Below, in pieces: positions 41,721 to 53,585 of a DNA stretch of 64,000 nt (within the stretch, counting starts at the first letter, position 1; every line of letters begins with the position of its first letter). The translations under genes and the position numbers were made by a program. Under the pieces are notes generated by a model, which saw nothing but the letters and a program-made list of their open reading frames with translations, was not told the origin of the DNA and searched no databases. The stretch is taken from NCBI GenBank assembly GCA_965287045.1, contig OZ336886.1, positions 23,622,001 to 23,686,000 on the forward strand, in the 5' to 3' direction. The DNA comes from Carcharhinus amblyrhynchos (lineage: Eukaryota).

Positions 41721-41920
41721 GGCAGAAATGGCTGGCCTCTCCTCAGCGTTTTTCTCAGTGGCAGGAGAGGGTGTGCCATTCGCTGGTGTCGGGATCTTCT
41801 GGTCCCGCCGCTATCAGTTGGAATTCTCATTGAAGCCACCTCATGCCACTGAAAAACCAGGGGATGCACCGCTGGTGGGTCCAGAGAATCTCACCACGTG
41901 AATGATGGAGAATTCTGGCC
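41721..41920. mobile_element. GC-rich MITE-like element (possibly Harbinger-type)
   Basis: Starts gggcagaa after taa and ends gaattctggcc; similar GC-rich short elements near 27800-27980, 47500-47635 and 48100-48220. Confidence 0.5.
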
Positions 41921-44475
41921 ATTGTATCGGCTATTTGCATTTGTAAGCTCTTAACGTAGCTTCTTTTTTTTGATTCCAGCATTCTGAGTAATTCTGTCTC
42001 TGCTTATTGCCCTAAATGCTTAGAGATATTATTTCTAAAATTGTCATCGATCTCAATGCACTTATTTGTTAGTAATTCAGCCAACTGTCCAGTGGAACAT
42101 GGATTTTTCTACCTCTAAAAATACCCCTAACGAAATGACAAAAGATGAATCTAGCTCCAGTATTCATCTATTTTGTTCCCTGGAAATAACATTAACACTA
42201 GAGAAATAAAATACAAAGATATAAAATAATAGTCTTCCATTATTATTGAATTATATAGCTATTTTAGGAACTGTGTTAATCTCCAAAACAACTGAACAGC
42301 TCAATGACTAACATTTTCAATTTACTGTATGTTATGTATCAAATGGCTACTTTTAGATATACATCCTTCTGAACTCAAAATCCTAACAATTTAACCACGC
42401 TCCAAGAGTAATTATGAGTACAAAAAGCTCAGTTATCTAATATATTAGCACTTTGTCATTCATTTTAACAATATGAGCCATGTCAAAATAATCTAAAACA
42501 CCATTTTTCTCAGATATCTTTTCTGAATGTTTCTATAATCCTGTAATTGTTAAGCAGTTGTACTCCAATAAAAACTGTCAATCGTAGAACCGTGTTCATA
42601 AACTCCAGACTCAATACTGCAGTTAGGAACCCAGTCTAATTATTACACACAATCTGCTGATTATACAAATTCTGGGACATTGTTTTTCATCCTAAATAGT
42701 AAATGATGTAAAAAAAATGCTTGCTGTACCAAATGAAGCATATTACTGGAACAGATTACACTACTAAGGGATTTTTCAATGATTGGGTCGAGGATATTGG
42801 CTTGCCTCAGTTAAAAAATGCAAATAATACACATTATGCAGCTATAAGGTTCAGCATCCTTCAAATCAGATCAAACACAACACGGTTTATTTCAAATGTA
42901 TGTGCCTACCAGAAAGAAGAAAAAAAGTATAACAATCTAGTGTGACAAAAAAATGACATTTGACTATTTATTGGTTCAGCTTGAAATATGTACTGCATCC
43001 CATTCCAGCTGAGTTATGAGGCAAAATTCCCACACTCAACTTATTTAAGCCAAAGAAAGCATAACATAGATATGTGCACCAGCTACTGAAAGTGATCTTA
43101 TTTATTAGATTGCGGGGTGTTGTAGCGACCTTGTGCACATATACTTTTGCATTGTGAAAGACTAGGTCTGAAACTGTTTACCCACAATGTTTCTGGCGTG
43201 CCAGTGGATAATGACGTGGTGAGGGCAACAAGGTTTAGTATTGTTGGTGAATAACAGAATGGACTGTCTCCTTAACCACTAAGGTTAAGAGATTGAGAAG
43301 GAAACAGGAGTAAGATGAAGAATGAAGGAGAAATAGAGTCAGTGAATTGAACTCAAATTAGGTACAGAGGAATAAACAAGGGGAAAAAATGAGATTGAAA
43401 GGAAGAAGGCAAACAAAAAAATTTAAAAATTACATTTAGCATTTTTATAATCTAAAAAAAATCACAATTGAAGGAATAAGTCTCCATAATTATAATTGTT
43501 TACTTCCTGGGCAAGAGTGTTTGATCAACAATCACTGACAATCGTGACACCATTAAAAGGATGCTTATGCTGATAACTATTGATTTAATTTCCCATCAAA
43601 CACATGACAGAAAGTTATGCAGCAACTTCATCAAACTCACAAGAAGTTTAAGCGTGATATCCTGTTTTCATGGAGCAATTGGTGGTGCAACACATTCACG
43701 CAACATAAATTATTGGTGACTCTACCGTGTAATAAGCTGTTGGCCTGTTTGTGTATTAATAACAGAATGCATTGTTCGGATCATTTTTTCCTGCAAAGCC
43801 TACCCAAAGAATAACTCTCATATCTTTACGTAGTGGTATCATTTCAATACAACTGCAATGTGTGGCAGAAGATGGTCTAAAGAAGTAATTCTGTAATATA
43901 AAGCTTTGTGTGGGTCAGTCTTAAGCAGATAGTTCTTTTCACACTTAAGATTCTTTTTCACTATTATTTTTAAATGAGTTAATTGAAGGAGATTCTGGTT
44001 ACCATGGATGAGTTTCACCACTTCCAGTTACAACATTCAGATCGATATCTCAACACATTTATTTGAATTTTGTAATACACTTATAATGTAACCACAAATG
44101 GTGCCGTGCCATTCCAGCAATGGCAATTTTCTTTAATATTACTGAAGACTGGAAGTTAATGATTCAACTTTCATGTTACGAAATGATCAACAAAAAGATT
44201 TTTCATTTGTTTTAGTGAATAACTTACATTGGTTGAAATTTCACTTCTAGTAAAAAAAACACAGATGAGGTCTCAGCATTTTTAAGCAATTCACTTATGT
44301 TACTTCTGAGATTTTTTTTCTTTAAATCCTGTTCATTAATTCAACTTAAGCTCTTGCTTTATTATTTGATAAAAGAGCTTTGGTTTGATCAAATGTGTTA
44401 TTACATGGGGGCCTTTCTTTCTCTGCCAATAATTTAATTAATCAAATATATGAAGGCCATTCATAGCATACACAC

Positions 44476-44615
44476 CTGTCCTTGGGTACAAAACTCTCCT
44501 GGAGCTGAATGAAGTGAATGCCTTCTTCACAGCCGGATACTTGTATGGTACCAATAGGACTTTGCAGAGCTGCTGTCACTTGCTTGCAGTGGTTTGTGTT
44601 GTTCTTCTTGGCAAC
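44476..44615 (-). CDS. MGMT: MGMT internal coding exon (equivalent to human exon 2), N-terminal domain
   Basis: Minus strand reads ttgttcatgtag|GTTGCC...AAGGACAG|gtgtgt. 140 nt translate to VAKKNNTNHCKQVTAALQSPIGTIQVSGCEEGIHFIQLQESFVPKD plus 2 nt. This aligns by eye with human [33 protein letters not shown], including the first Zn-ligand positions C, C and H. It ends in phase 2 like human exon 2. Absent from the ORF track. Confidence 0.93.
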
Positions 44616-45614
44616 CTACATGAACAAATCACTGGTCCTTATAAGTGTTTAAACAATCACCCCCTCCTGTCCTAACACCAGCCAAGAGTTTTTTTTAAAT
44701 TACATTAATCCTTTGAGCACTTACGGTTCAGTAATCATATTCAGAAATTTGAACAAAGTAGCAGTTTGGATGGCAGATATTGTGAGTGGAAGGAAAAAAA
44801 CACTGATTTGAATGTTTAGTTTTAATACATTTACAATTTTTCAGGTAATGTTCTATTTTCTTCTTTTATTTCCCCAATTGTCCCAAGACCATATTCTTCA
44901 CCCACTGGTACATATAACTTCTACTTCAATCTAACAACTTTCAATGCTAGATGAGGTTGCACTTCCCTCACAAAGCAATAACTGAGTCGTGCCAGATGCT
45001 AGCCAGCTGTGGGCAGAGCTCACAAGGGAGACCTTCAGCTAAATGAGTCTTGCTATCATGGTTCCCCTTTGGCAAGGAACTGAACTCAGTTTTTTGCTGA
45101 CATAGCTCCAGAATTACCACAGCTCACATTCCGAAAAAATTCTGCTACACTTTCTCATAGGCATTCCCTTACTTTGCCCCAAATCATGCTTCACTTTTCC
45201 CAATATTGATGAAATTATATCTAACAATCTCCCTAATGTTAAAGACCATCATGTCTTTCCTTGGTGTCTCCTATCGTCTGGCTCATCAATCCAAGCCTCC
45301 AATTTGTACACTGGTAGTAGTATATTTTGGGAGATTGAAGTGACATTTCACTGTGTTATCTGTATTCTGATTCCCCATTAAAAGTAAATAAAGAGGATGA
45401 AGGTCTCTGTGCCATCCTATGAAAGAATAAGACTGTGACTTAAATTTCACCATGACAGGACATCCCATGTGTTTTACAATTAAATACTTTTAAAATGTAG
45501 TTGCAGATATCAAGTAAAAAATACAACAGCCAACAGAGCAATCTCCTATAAACAGCAGAATTTCTGATGATGTCTCACAAGTTTACTATTGGACAAGATA
45601 CCAGGAAGGAGGAG

Positions 45615-45945
45615 GCGATGCTATAGTGGCATTGTCAGTGGGCTAAAATTTCAGGCAATACTCTGGGCACTTGGGTTCAAATCCCACAAAGGCAAGTGGT
45701 GAAATTTGGATTCAATAAAAATCTGGAATCAAAAGTCTAATGTTGACAATGAAATTGTCATAAAAACCCATTTGGTTCACTAATGTCCTTCATGGAAGGG
45801 AATCTGACATCCTACCTAGTCTGACTTATGTGACTCCAGATCCACTGCAATGTAGATTAAATGCCTCCTCAAGAGCAATTAGGGTGGGTAATGCATGCTA
45901 GTCCAGCCAGCAACGCTAATGTCGTATGAACAAATTAGAAAAAAA
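45615..45945 (+). mobile_element. tRNA-SINE, second family
   Basis: B box gggttcaaatccc; homologous to 36826-37160. Confidence 0.8.
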
Positions 45946-46126
45946 TTTAAAAGAATTCTGCTACTCTTCTTCACAATGTTTTGGGATATTTTACTCCCAC
46001 CTGAGAGCGTGCGGTTTGGGTCTCAGTTCAACATCATACCCAAAAGATTGCACCTTCAACAATGCAGCATGGAATGTATAGATGCAGTACTGCATGGAAA
46101 TGCCAGGGTAGATTTCGTGACTTAAA

Positions 46127-46416
46127 GGCTAAGATCAAGTGTAGTATCGACATGCTGTACTTGATTGAAGTCATTAAGGTTACATTTTAGCTTCATTTGA
46201 AGCAATTTTTAAAAGCGGCATCTCGGCCTTTTGGCTAAGATGCAAATTAGATCAAGCCTTGGAGGAGGAGCTATACCTACTCCAATCAGCTTGGATCATG
46301 TAGATCAAGCCCAAGACGGGAGGTGAGAGCCCAGTCTTGTCAGCTTGGATCGGGAATGTCTCAACTTGTTGGGACACTGAATTGGACTTGATTTGATTGA
46401 ATTGGATAAAAAAAAA
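46127..46416 (+). mobile_element. U2 snRNA-fragment-headed, poly(A)-tailed retroposed element
   Basis: 46127-46148 equals U2 nt 19-40 exactly; 46221-46241 equals U2 nt 7-27 exactly; A9 tail at 46408-46416; interrupts an older minus-strand SINE at cttaaa|ctgtaaccttctgactcag. Confidence 0.75.
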
Positions 46417-46529
46417 CTGTAACCTTCTGACTCAGAAGTGAGAGTACTACTTACTGAACTGTAGTTGACACATAGAGAATAAAATCTGGACACCAGAAAG
46501 CACTCCTTAAAAGAGAGCAAGACCAGATG

Positions 46530-47400
46530 CTAGAAGAGATCATATTTGAATCTCCCATTGCTTCCCCAACAAACTGTCTTCATAAACCTCTTCCTACCTA
46601 CCTGTCCTCTCCAACCCCATCTCACTTCCAACAATGAGTGTAAGAAGCTCTTCGTCCCAAGATTGAAACAATTTTATCAGTTGCCTCAGCCGCACATCTT
46701 CCTTTCACCACACAACTGGCCAAAATTTCTGAAATGTTCCCCCACCTGTCTCACCCTGAACTCTCATCTTTCTCCAGTTTCTCTCCTGTTATGGATTATG
46801 AAATCTCATGGTTTCTCTGAGCTCATCTTGTTCCCACTAAATGCTGATCATACAACTTTCCCCGCCTTGACCTCATGTCAGCAGATATTATAAATGGTTC
46901 ATTCGCTTCAGGTGTTGTCCCTCTGTCCTTTAAATCTGCTATCATCCTACTCCTCATAAACAACCCTTGATCTCCTTGAAAACTACCATTCTCATCTTTT
47001 CCAGAAATCTATGTTAGAATCCCTTCAATCAGGAGATTTCCAAAACAATCACGGTACCAAAATGGGTTATCAAATCACATTCCATGTGATTGTGACAAAG
47101 GTAAACTTCCCTCCCCTTATCCTTTGTGATCTGTCTGCAACCTTCATACAGCTGACCACACCATCCTCCTCTGATGCCTCTCAACTTTTTTCTAGCTAGG
47201 TGGGACCACTTTCCATTTTCATCTACTGGTTCCACTGGTTCCATTTTCATCTACTTAATTGCAGCCAGAAAATCACTTGTAATCTTTTCTTCAAACTCCT
47301 GCACTGAGACTCTGTTGTCCCCCAGGTCTCCTTGGCTACTTCCTACTTCTCATCTACATGCTGCCCATCAGCATCATCATCTGAAGGCACAGCATTATTT
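46530..47400 (+). mobile_element. Degraded L2 LINE RT fragment
   Basis: cttatcctttgtgatctgtctgcaaccttc..acagctgaccacaccatcctcctc matches the LILLDLSAAFDTVDHTILL motif. Confidence 0.75.
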
Positions 47401-50400
47401 TTTTACATGTACACTGACTGGTTTGGTGTCTTCTTTGGCATTTGTATGAAATGGCACTAATTGTCAGGTCCACTTTTTCCACAGATGCCACGTCTAATTC
47501 CAAAACTTCCGACCTCATCCGTGGCTGGGAGTCTCCAGTGCCAGTGAAGTGAATGGCGTATTAGTTGAGCGCCAAATTCTCCATTCTCACAGGCAGTGGG
47601 GTGGGAATGGATGAGATTGGAGAAGCCCGCCCTGAGTTTCTTTCCCTCAGGTCTAAAATCTTGGGCTGTAATTCAAATAATTATACCTGAACTATGGAGA
47701 CTTTACATTTGTACCTTAGAGTAATACAACTCTCAAAATCCACATTGCATCTGATGCCAAATTCTTCCAATCCTTTCAGTTGCTCCCTTCCCCACATCCC
47801 TAGACCAATATTAATAGATGCCCAGCATTAATAGCAAATGAAGGCACATTGAGAAAATTAAATGGTTTTTGGAAGTTGCATACAGATCCAGAAGTGCTGC
47901 CTCAGTGTCAGTGGAAATTTTAGTCTCTAGTTGTCACTGTTAGCATTTTTCCACATGGACCAGCTTTGGTACACCAAAGGAGACAGAGAACAACTTTCCA
48001 AATTTCATTCTTTCTAAATCTGCCCTTTCAAGAAGCAAGGTTTTTGCCTTCCACTTGGCTCTTGCTGGTGGGATCCATTATGAGTCACGATGATTAGGAC
48101 ACCACCACCGAAATTCTACCGCCCCATGCACTATGGAATCAGGGTGGCAGGCAATAGAAACGTCCGTTGACTTTGGTGAGGATTTTCCAGTCTTGGGTCA
48201 AGTGAAGTTGTAAAATTCCATGACTGTGATGGGGCAGTCTCGATGGAACATCTGGTTGTGTCACCATTTGCATTTGCTCAATTTTTTCTGAAGGTACTGA
48301 ACTTCAACACATATCAACTAGGGTTACACCAACTGTCATTTCTTTTGCCTTACTCATTTGAGCTGTACGATAATATCACTGGTGTACAGAGAGTGGTACA
48401 AAACACAACATCTGCCACTATGGCATTACATTGAGAAGTATTTAAAAATGGCATAATTAGAAATGTATACACAAGGTAACAAAAATATGAATACAAATAT
48501 ATAGCAATTAAGAATGTTGTCCTAAACAAAATTATATTTAAACAAGGTTACGCTACAGTGAAAAGCAATGACGAAAAGGACTTGAACATAGAAAAACTTA
48601 TTAATGATCATTAGATAACTCAAGTGTACAAAACAACTTGATTTACACAAACTTGGACTATTCCCTGAAGATGCCTTAAATAAAATGAAATTTGATTGTT
48701 CAGTCATTATTCCGATGGAGAAAAATCCAGCAAATTAAACTCTAAAACAGCCATTGATTTGAAACAATCGGGGCAATTTTAAACACGCCTCCCCAACTCC
48801 CCCCACTCCAGTAGGGTCATCATGATGCTACTGAGGTGAGTCTTGGGAGCAGGTTACACAGCTACTGCAGTCTGGTCAGAACAACTAAGATGCACTAAGA
48901 AATATGCTCCTCACTCAGAAATGAAGACCCACACCATAAAATAGGCAGAATTCTAGCCTCTTGTCTCATATAAAATGAAAGAGCTAATGCCTAGAATCTT
49001 CTGTCATTTAACCAAGAGGAAAATGGGGAAAATAACTGGTTATGTTCATTTCCTATTACAACATGGCACCTTGACATGCATAAGCAACACAGAATTATAT
49101 ATTAGAAAATGGATACCCAAGATTGAAGAACAACATGACTATAATCTAATCAAGGTGTTCAGATGGCATCAGTGATTTATGAATATTAACTGAACCCTAG
49201 GATTAAATTACTGCCTTGGACTCACTCCCTGAACTCGGTATTTTATTTAATTTAGCTGGTTTCATTTTTAAGGCTCAAAATAAAATTGCAGTTGCTTTCA
49301 GTTCTGGAGAGTTAGAACAAATGCAAGTTTATTAATGCTGTGGGAAAGTGAAATTAATTTTGTCCTATTCTCCAAATACAAAAGTATGCACAATTTTCAT
49401 ATTTTAATTTTCAAATAAAATACATTAATATTTTTGTGATAAACTCACAGTTAAACAAATGGCTGATAATCTTCATTGAAATGTACAAATTATCCTTGCT
49501 CTACTGGGATTGATTTAAATAGCCCATCCAGCAAGAAGAGTGTGTAGTGAAGGTTAAACTTGTCTGAGCATATTTAAGGCCACATGATTCCCACTTGCTG
49601 GCATTTTATCATCAATAATTCCAAAAATCGGTCAAGGTGCATGCTGCAGGCAGGCAGGAGTCTACCTTCATTGGATCACTGGCATCTTCCTGACTGAGTT
49701 TTACTCCTGATGCCAGTATCGCAGAAGGACAGGACACTGACCTGGGTCATGTAAATTGGGCCCATGCAGCACAATGTGCTCACTGGAAGAGATTTCCTCC
49801 AACCCCGTAACTCCAACAACCTCCCTGCCCATCCCTCTCCCCCACTCCCGTTAAAATCACCCCCACCATTACTGACAAAAATCATTTATATGTACATTGT
49901 TAACTAATAAACAATACTACGTCCTAAAAAACTAATGGATGCTAATATTAAGAACCTCATCTTTCCTTCTGGATCTGAGAAGCTATTTTGATACACCTTT
50001 ATTCAAACTTGGGTAACTACAACAGAACCTCAAAGTGCAGATCTAGTTTAAAAGAACACGATTTTATTAAGATACCCAAAATTCAAATTAAGTTTTGATT
50101 TGTGTATCTCAGCTTGCCTACAGGTGAACAACTGATAGTCACAGAAAGGTGTGACAGTAAAGTAACAGGTGATAAACAGGAAACCCAAAGGATCTCTTAC
50201 TGGTGTATTAATAAGGGCAGTGTCTGACGCAGTGATACACTTATTGACAAAAAATAACATGTCCCTCTGTGGCAGATCTTCGTGGTAGCTCGCATTCTTG
50301 TTATTCTTAGTGTTTAAGTTGCAGCAATATTGCAGAAAATGAGATACAACTCAAACAAAGAAGGCATGAGTCTGAAATTGACGAGAGAATGGGGACAATT

Positions 50401-51239
50401 AGAAACAGCAATCACAGCATATTTAGATCAGGAAAATATCCAGAGACCACAAACATAATTAGCTTTCTAAAAGGAAGATTATGTTTAACCAATGTTAATA
50501 AATTCTTTAAAGAAATAATACAAAGATTAGATTAAGGCTATGAAATGGATGTAGTATACGTGGACTTCCAGGAATCCAATAAAAGTACCAAATTATAAAC
50601 GAAACAAAAGTCAGGGGCCAGGGAGCAGGGTAAATTGAGAGATGGCTGCACACCAGTGATCAAATTGGACATTTTATTTTTGAAGTTTCCTTTTAATCAT
50701 TTCAGCAGCCAAGGATATCAAGGTAAAAATATTCCCCATAACTTCTATACAGCTGCTCATCTGTTACTTCCCAACATTTATTCTGTTTCAATGCATAATA
50801 ATAAGCCCCGAGAATGGCTAATCACAATAAGACTAGACAGGCAAGATTCAGAACATGTTCAAATGATCAGGTTGACAAGAGTTTAGGGTGATAATCTAGG
50901 AATTAGCCTGTCAATATTGTGATAATTTAGATCGACCAGCTCTCTGTTTCATGAAAACATTTTAATTGAGTAGCCCTACCAACTCATCTTATGCAATTAT
51001 CCATACATTGGGGTTGAGAATAAGGAGAAGGTGTGTTGTAATCAACAGGGTATTATTGTCCAATGAACAGTCATTGAGAATGTATATATTAATCTATTCC
51101 AATTTACTTAATAAATGACATTGATCAAGTAGATTCTTAACAAGGATTCAAATGATCAAGGTCAAAACTGATTTTCCATTATGAAAACATTTATTAAAGT
51201 AATAGTCTTATTGTAGATTTTTAGTGTTAACTGATTAGC

Positions 51240-51440
51240 GTAAGCTGTAGCTCAATATTTGTGGTGGCACTCTCATCTCTGTATCACATTGCTGTACGTG
51301 GGAGTTTGCTGTGTACAAGCTGGCTGTTGAATTTCCTTCATTACAACAGCAACTCATCTTCAAAAAGTATTTCATTGCCCATAACATGCTTTGAGGCCTC
51401 CAGTGATCATGAAAAGTGCTATATCAATACAAGTCTTTCA
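51240..51440 (+). mobile_element. Deu-domain-type SINE fragment
   Basis: atcacattgctgtacgtgggagtttgctgtgtacaagctggctg...gctttgag...tgaaaagtgctatatcaatacaagtctttc. Confidence 0.65.
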
Positions 51441-51971
51441 TTTTGGAATCTGATCAATGTCTACTGATGATTCACTAAGAAGCAGAGTGCAATTGAGAAA
51501 GTGAAGGGTTCAAAGGATAGATTTATAAGGCATTTCTAAGGCCACACAGGGGTGGGAGAAGAAGTCATTGCTAAAGATATGGGCCCAAATCTTCTGCAAA
51601 GTGGCAATTACCCTCAAGTGGAGGGGAGTAAGGTGGCAGGAGGTGGGTACAGTAGCAAGTAGGAAAGGCAGCAGGTGAGCAGGGCGGCTGGTGGATCTGA
51701 CAATACCATGGTGGGGGTAAGGTATCAGGTGGTTAAGATGGTAGGATGCACGAATGGCAAAATTGAGGTGGGTAGCCGGGTGAGATGGGAGGTGTGGCAA
51801 GTGGATCAGGTCAGGAGGGATTGCTAGGTCAGGGATTAACCAGGTTGTATTGGGAGTGAGTCAAGGACTGGTCAGATCTAGTCTGGTTGAGTCTGGAGAG
51901 TTGGGAGGTCAGTGGATCTTAGATGATGGACTGGGTCAGTAGGAATCAGTAAACTTTATGCGATAGTGGTG

Positions 51972-52788
51972 TGTGACGTTAGTGCATCTTTAAGAGATTT
52001 TTTTTAAAATTATGATCTCTGCAGCTCTCTCAGCTTCTATGTTTCTCAGCTTACAGCCTTAGCTGATGTCATTACGGCACTGGCTTGACCGGAGATGTCA
52101 TTTTATTGATGTTTAAAAGGCAATTTGTTTATTTTTACTGGGATGTTTATGACTCTGCATTATTTGGAAAAAAACTGGTTGGCAGGTCAGGTAATAGGAA
52201 TTTTTTCCTTTTCAGTTTGGAGTTGCAGTTTGAGTATTAGTTTTAGGAGGGGCATCAAGCTAGAAAGACGTCTCTCTGTCCTTGGTTTTGGAAATTCTGC
52301 TGGTCATCTGAAAGCAAGGTCTTACCTTTCTGAAGGGGGGAATCTGCTGTTGGCGGCTTGCCTGGAGTTCCTGGTGTTTTGGGAAGCTGTTCTGACTTCA
52401 AACTGTTCTGAGTCTATCCAGAGAATTGCTCATCCAAAGGACTCAATTCCAGTATCACGTGAGCATTAGTCTATGCTGTATTAAACCTATTTGAAGGGTC
52501 TTGTTTATGGGATTGGTTTGATTGAGACAGCTCTTATATCCATAAAGGGTTATACATTATCATGGTTGTTTTGGTGTTGTTTGTAATCAATAGAAGCTAT
52601 TGCTAATATTTTTACTATACATGTTAACTTATTAAATAAATTTTGTTTGATAAAAGCTCCCTAGTGGGTCATTTGAATCAGACTGAGATGAGCCATATCA
52701 TGCTTATCCTACCAAATTCAACATGCAGAACTTTTTATTCAGGCAGTTTCCATAAAACTCTTCAGAACTTCTGACCTGAACCATAACA
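51972..52788 (+). mobile_element. Solo LTR (817 bp), Gypsy- or ERV1-like
   Basis: TG(tgacg)...(cataa)CA termini; 4-bp duplication ggtg at 51968-51971 and 52789-52792; AATAAA near 52636. Confidence 0.7.
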
Positions 52789-53299
52789 GGTGTGAGTGAG
52801 TCAGTGTCGTGTTGCAAGTCAAATGGGGTCAGGAGTCAATGTGGGTCCTATTGTATGGTTATGCAGGAATTAGATTAGATTTTAATTTGTTTAACTTTTC
52901 CTGGATAGCAATCCACACAAGTAAGTCAGAACTGTCCAAATTCTTTAAACCTAACCCAGACTTGGAAGGCTCCAGGAAGCAGGGGAATTGCTTAATAAAA
53001 GTTCAAATTTCCTGGGTAATTCCCATAAAGTCAGTGTGCTGAGACTTCCGAGGGGACCCCTGCATTTTCTGAAGTATAGCTAGTTTCCAACGATCTGTCA
53101 ACTGGAAGATCTGGGCCATGCTGGCTACAATCGGATAACTAAGAATGGAACCAAACACCGACCATCACCAATGAAACACAGTAAACAACCCTGCTGCACT
53201 TTTGTTAGTCAAGGTTCATTGATCAAAGTCAATATAATTTCTACTTCTACATAAACTTGAGAATTCTTCCACATAATCATGTACACATCATCATACTTA

Positions 53300-53585
53300 T
53301 GGTGATGCAGTGTTAATCTCACTGGCCCAGTAATCTCTGGGAACATGTATTCAAATACCGCCATGGTAGCTAGTGAAATTGGGATTCAATTGATATAAAT
53401 CTGGAACATAAAGCTAGCCTTAGTAATAGTGGGCATGAAACTACCAATTGTTCCAAAAACACATCTGGTCAATGACCTTAAGAGAAGGAAATCTGACATC
53501 CTTACCAGATCTAGCCCAATGTGACTCCAGCCCCACAGCAATATTATTGACTCTTAATTAACCTCTGAAATGGTCTAACAAGAGC
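53300..53585 (+). mobile_element. tRNA-SINE, second family
   Basis: Homologous to 36826-37160 and 45615-45945. Confidence 0.75.

Noticed and set aside
46127-46241. Functional U2 snRNA gene
   Set aside because: Only nt 7-40 are present, in permuted pieces; no Sm site, 3' stem-loops, PSE or 3' box.
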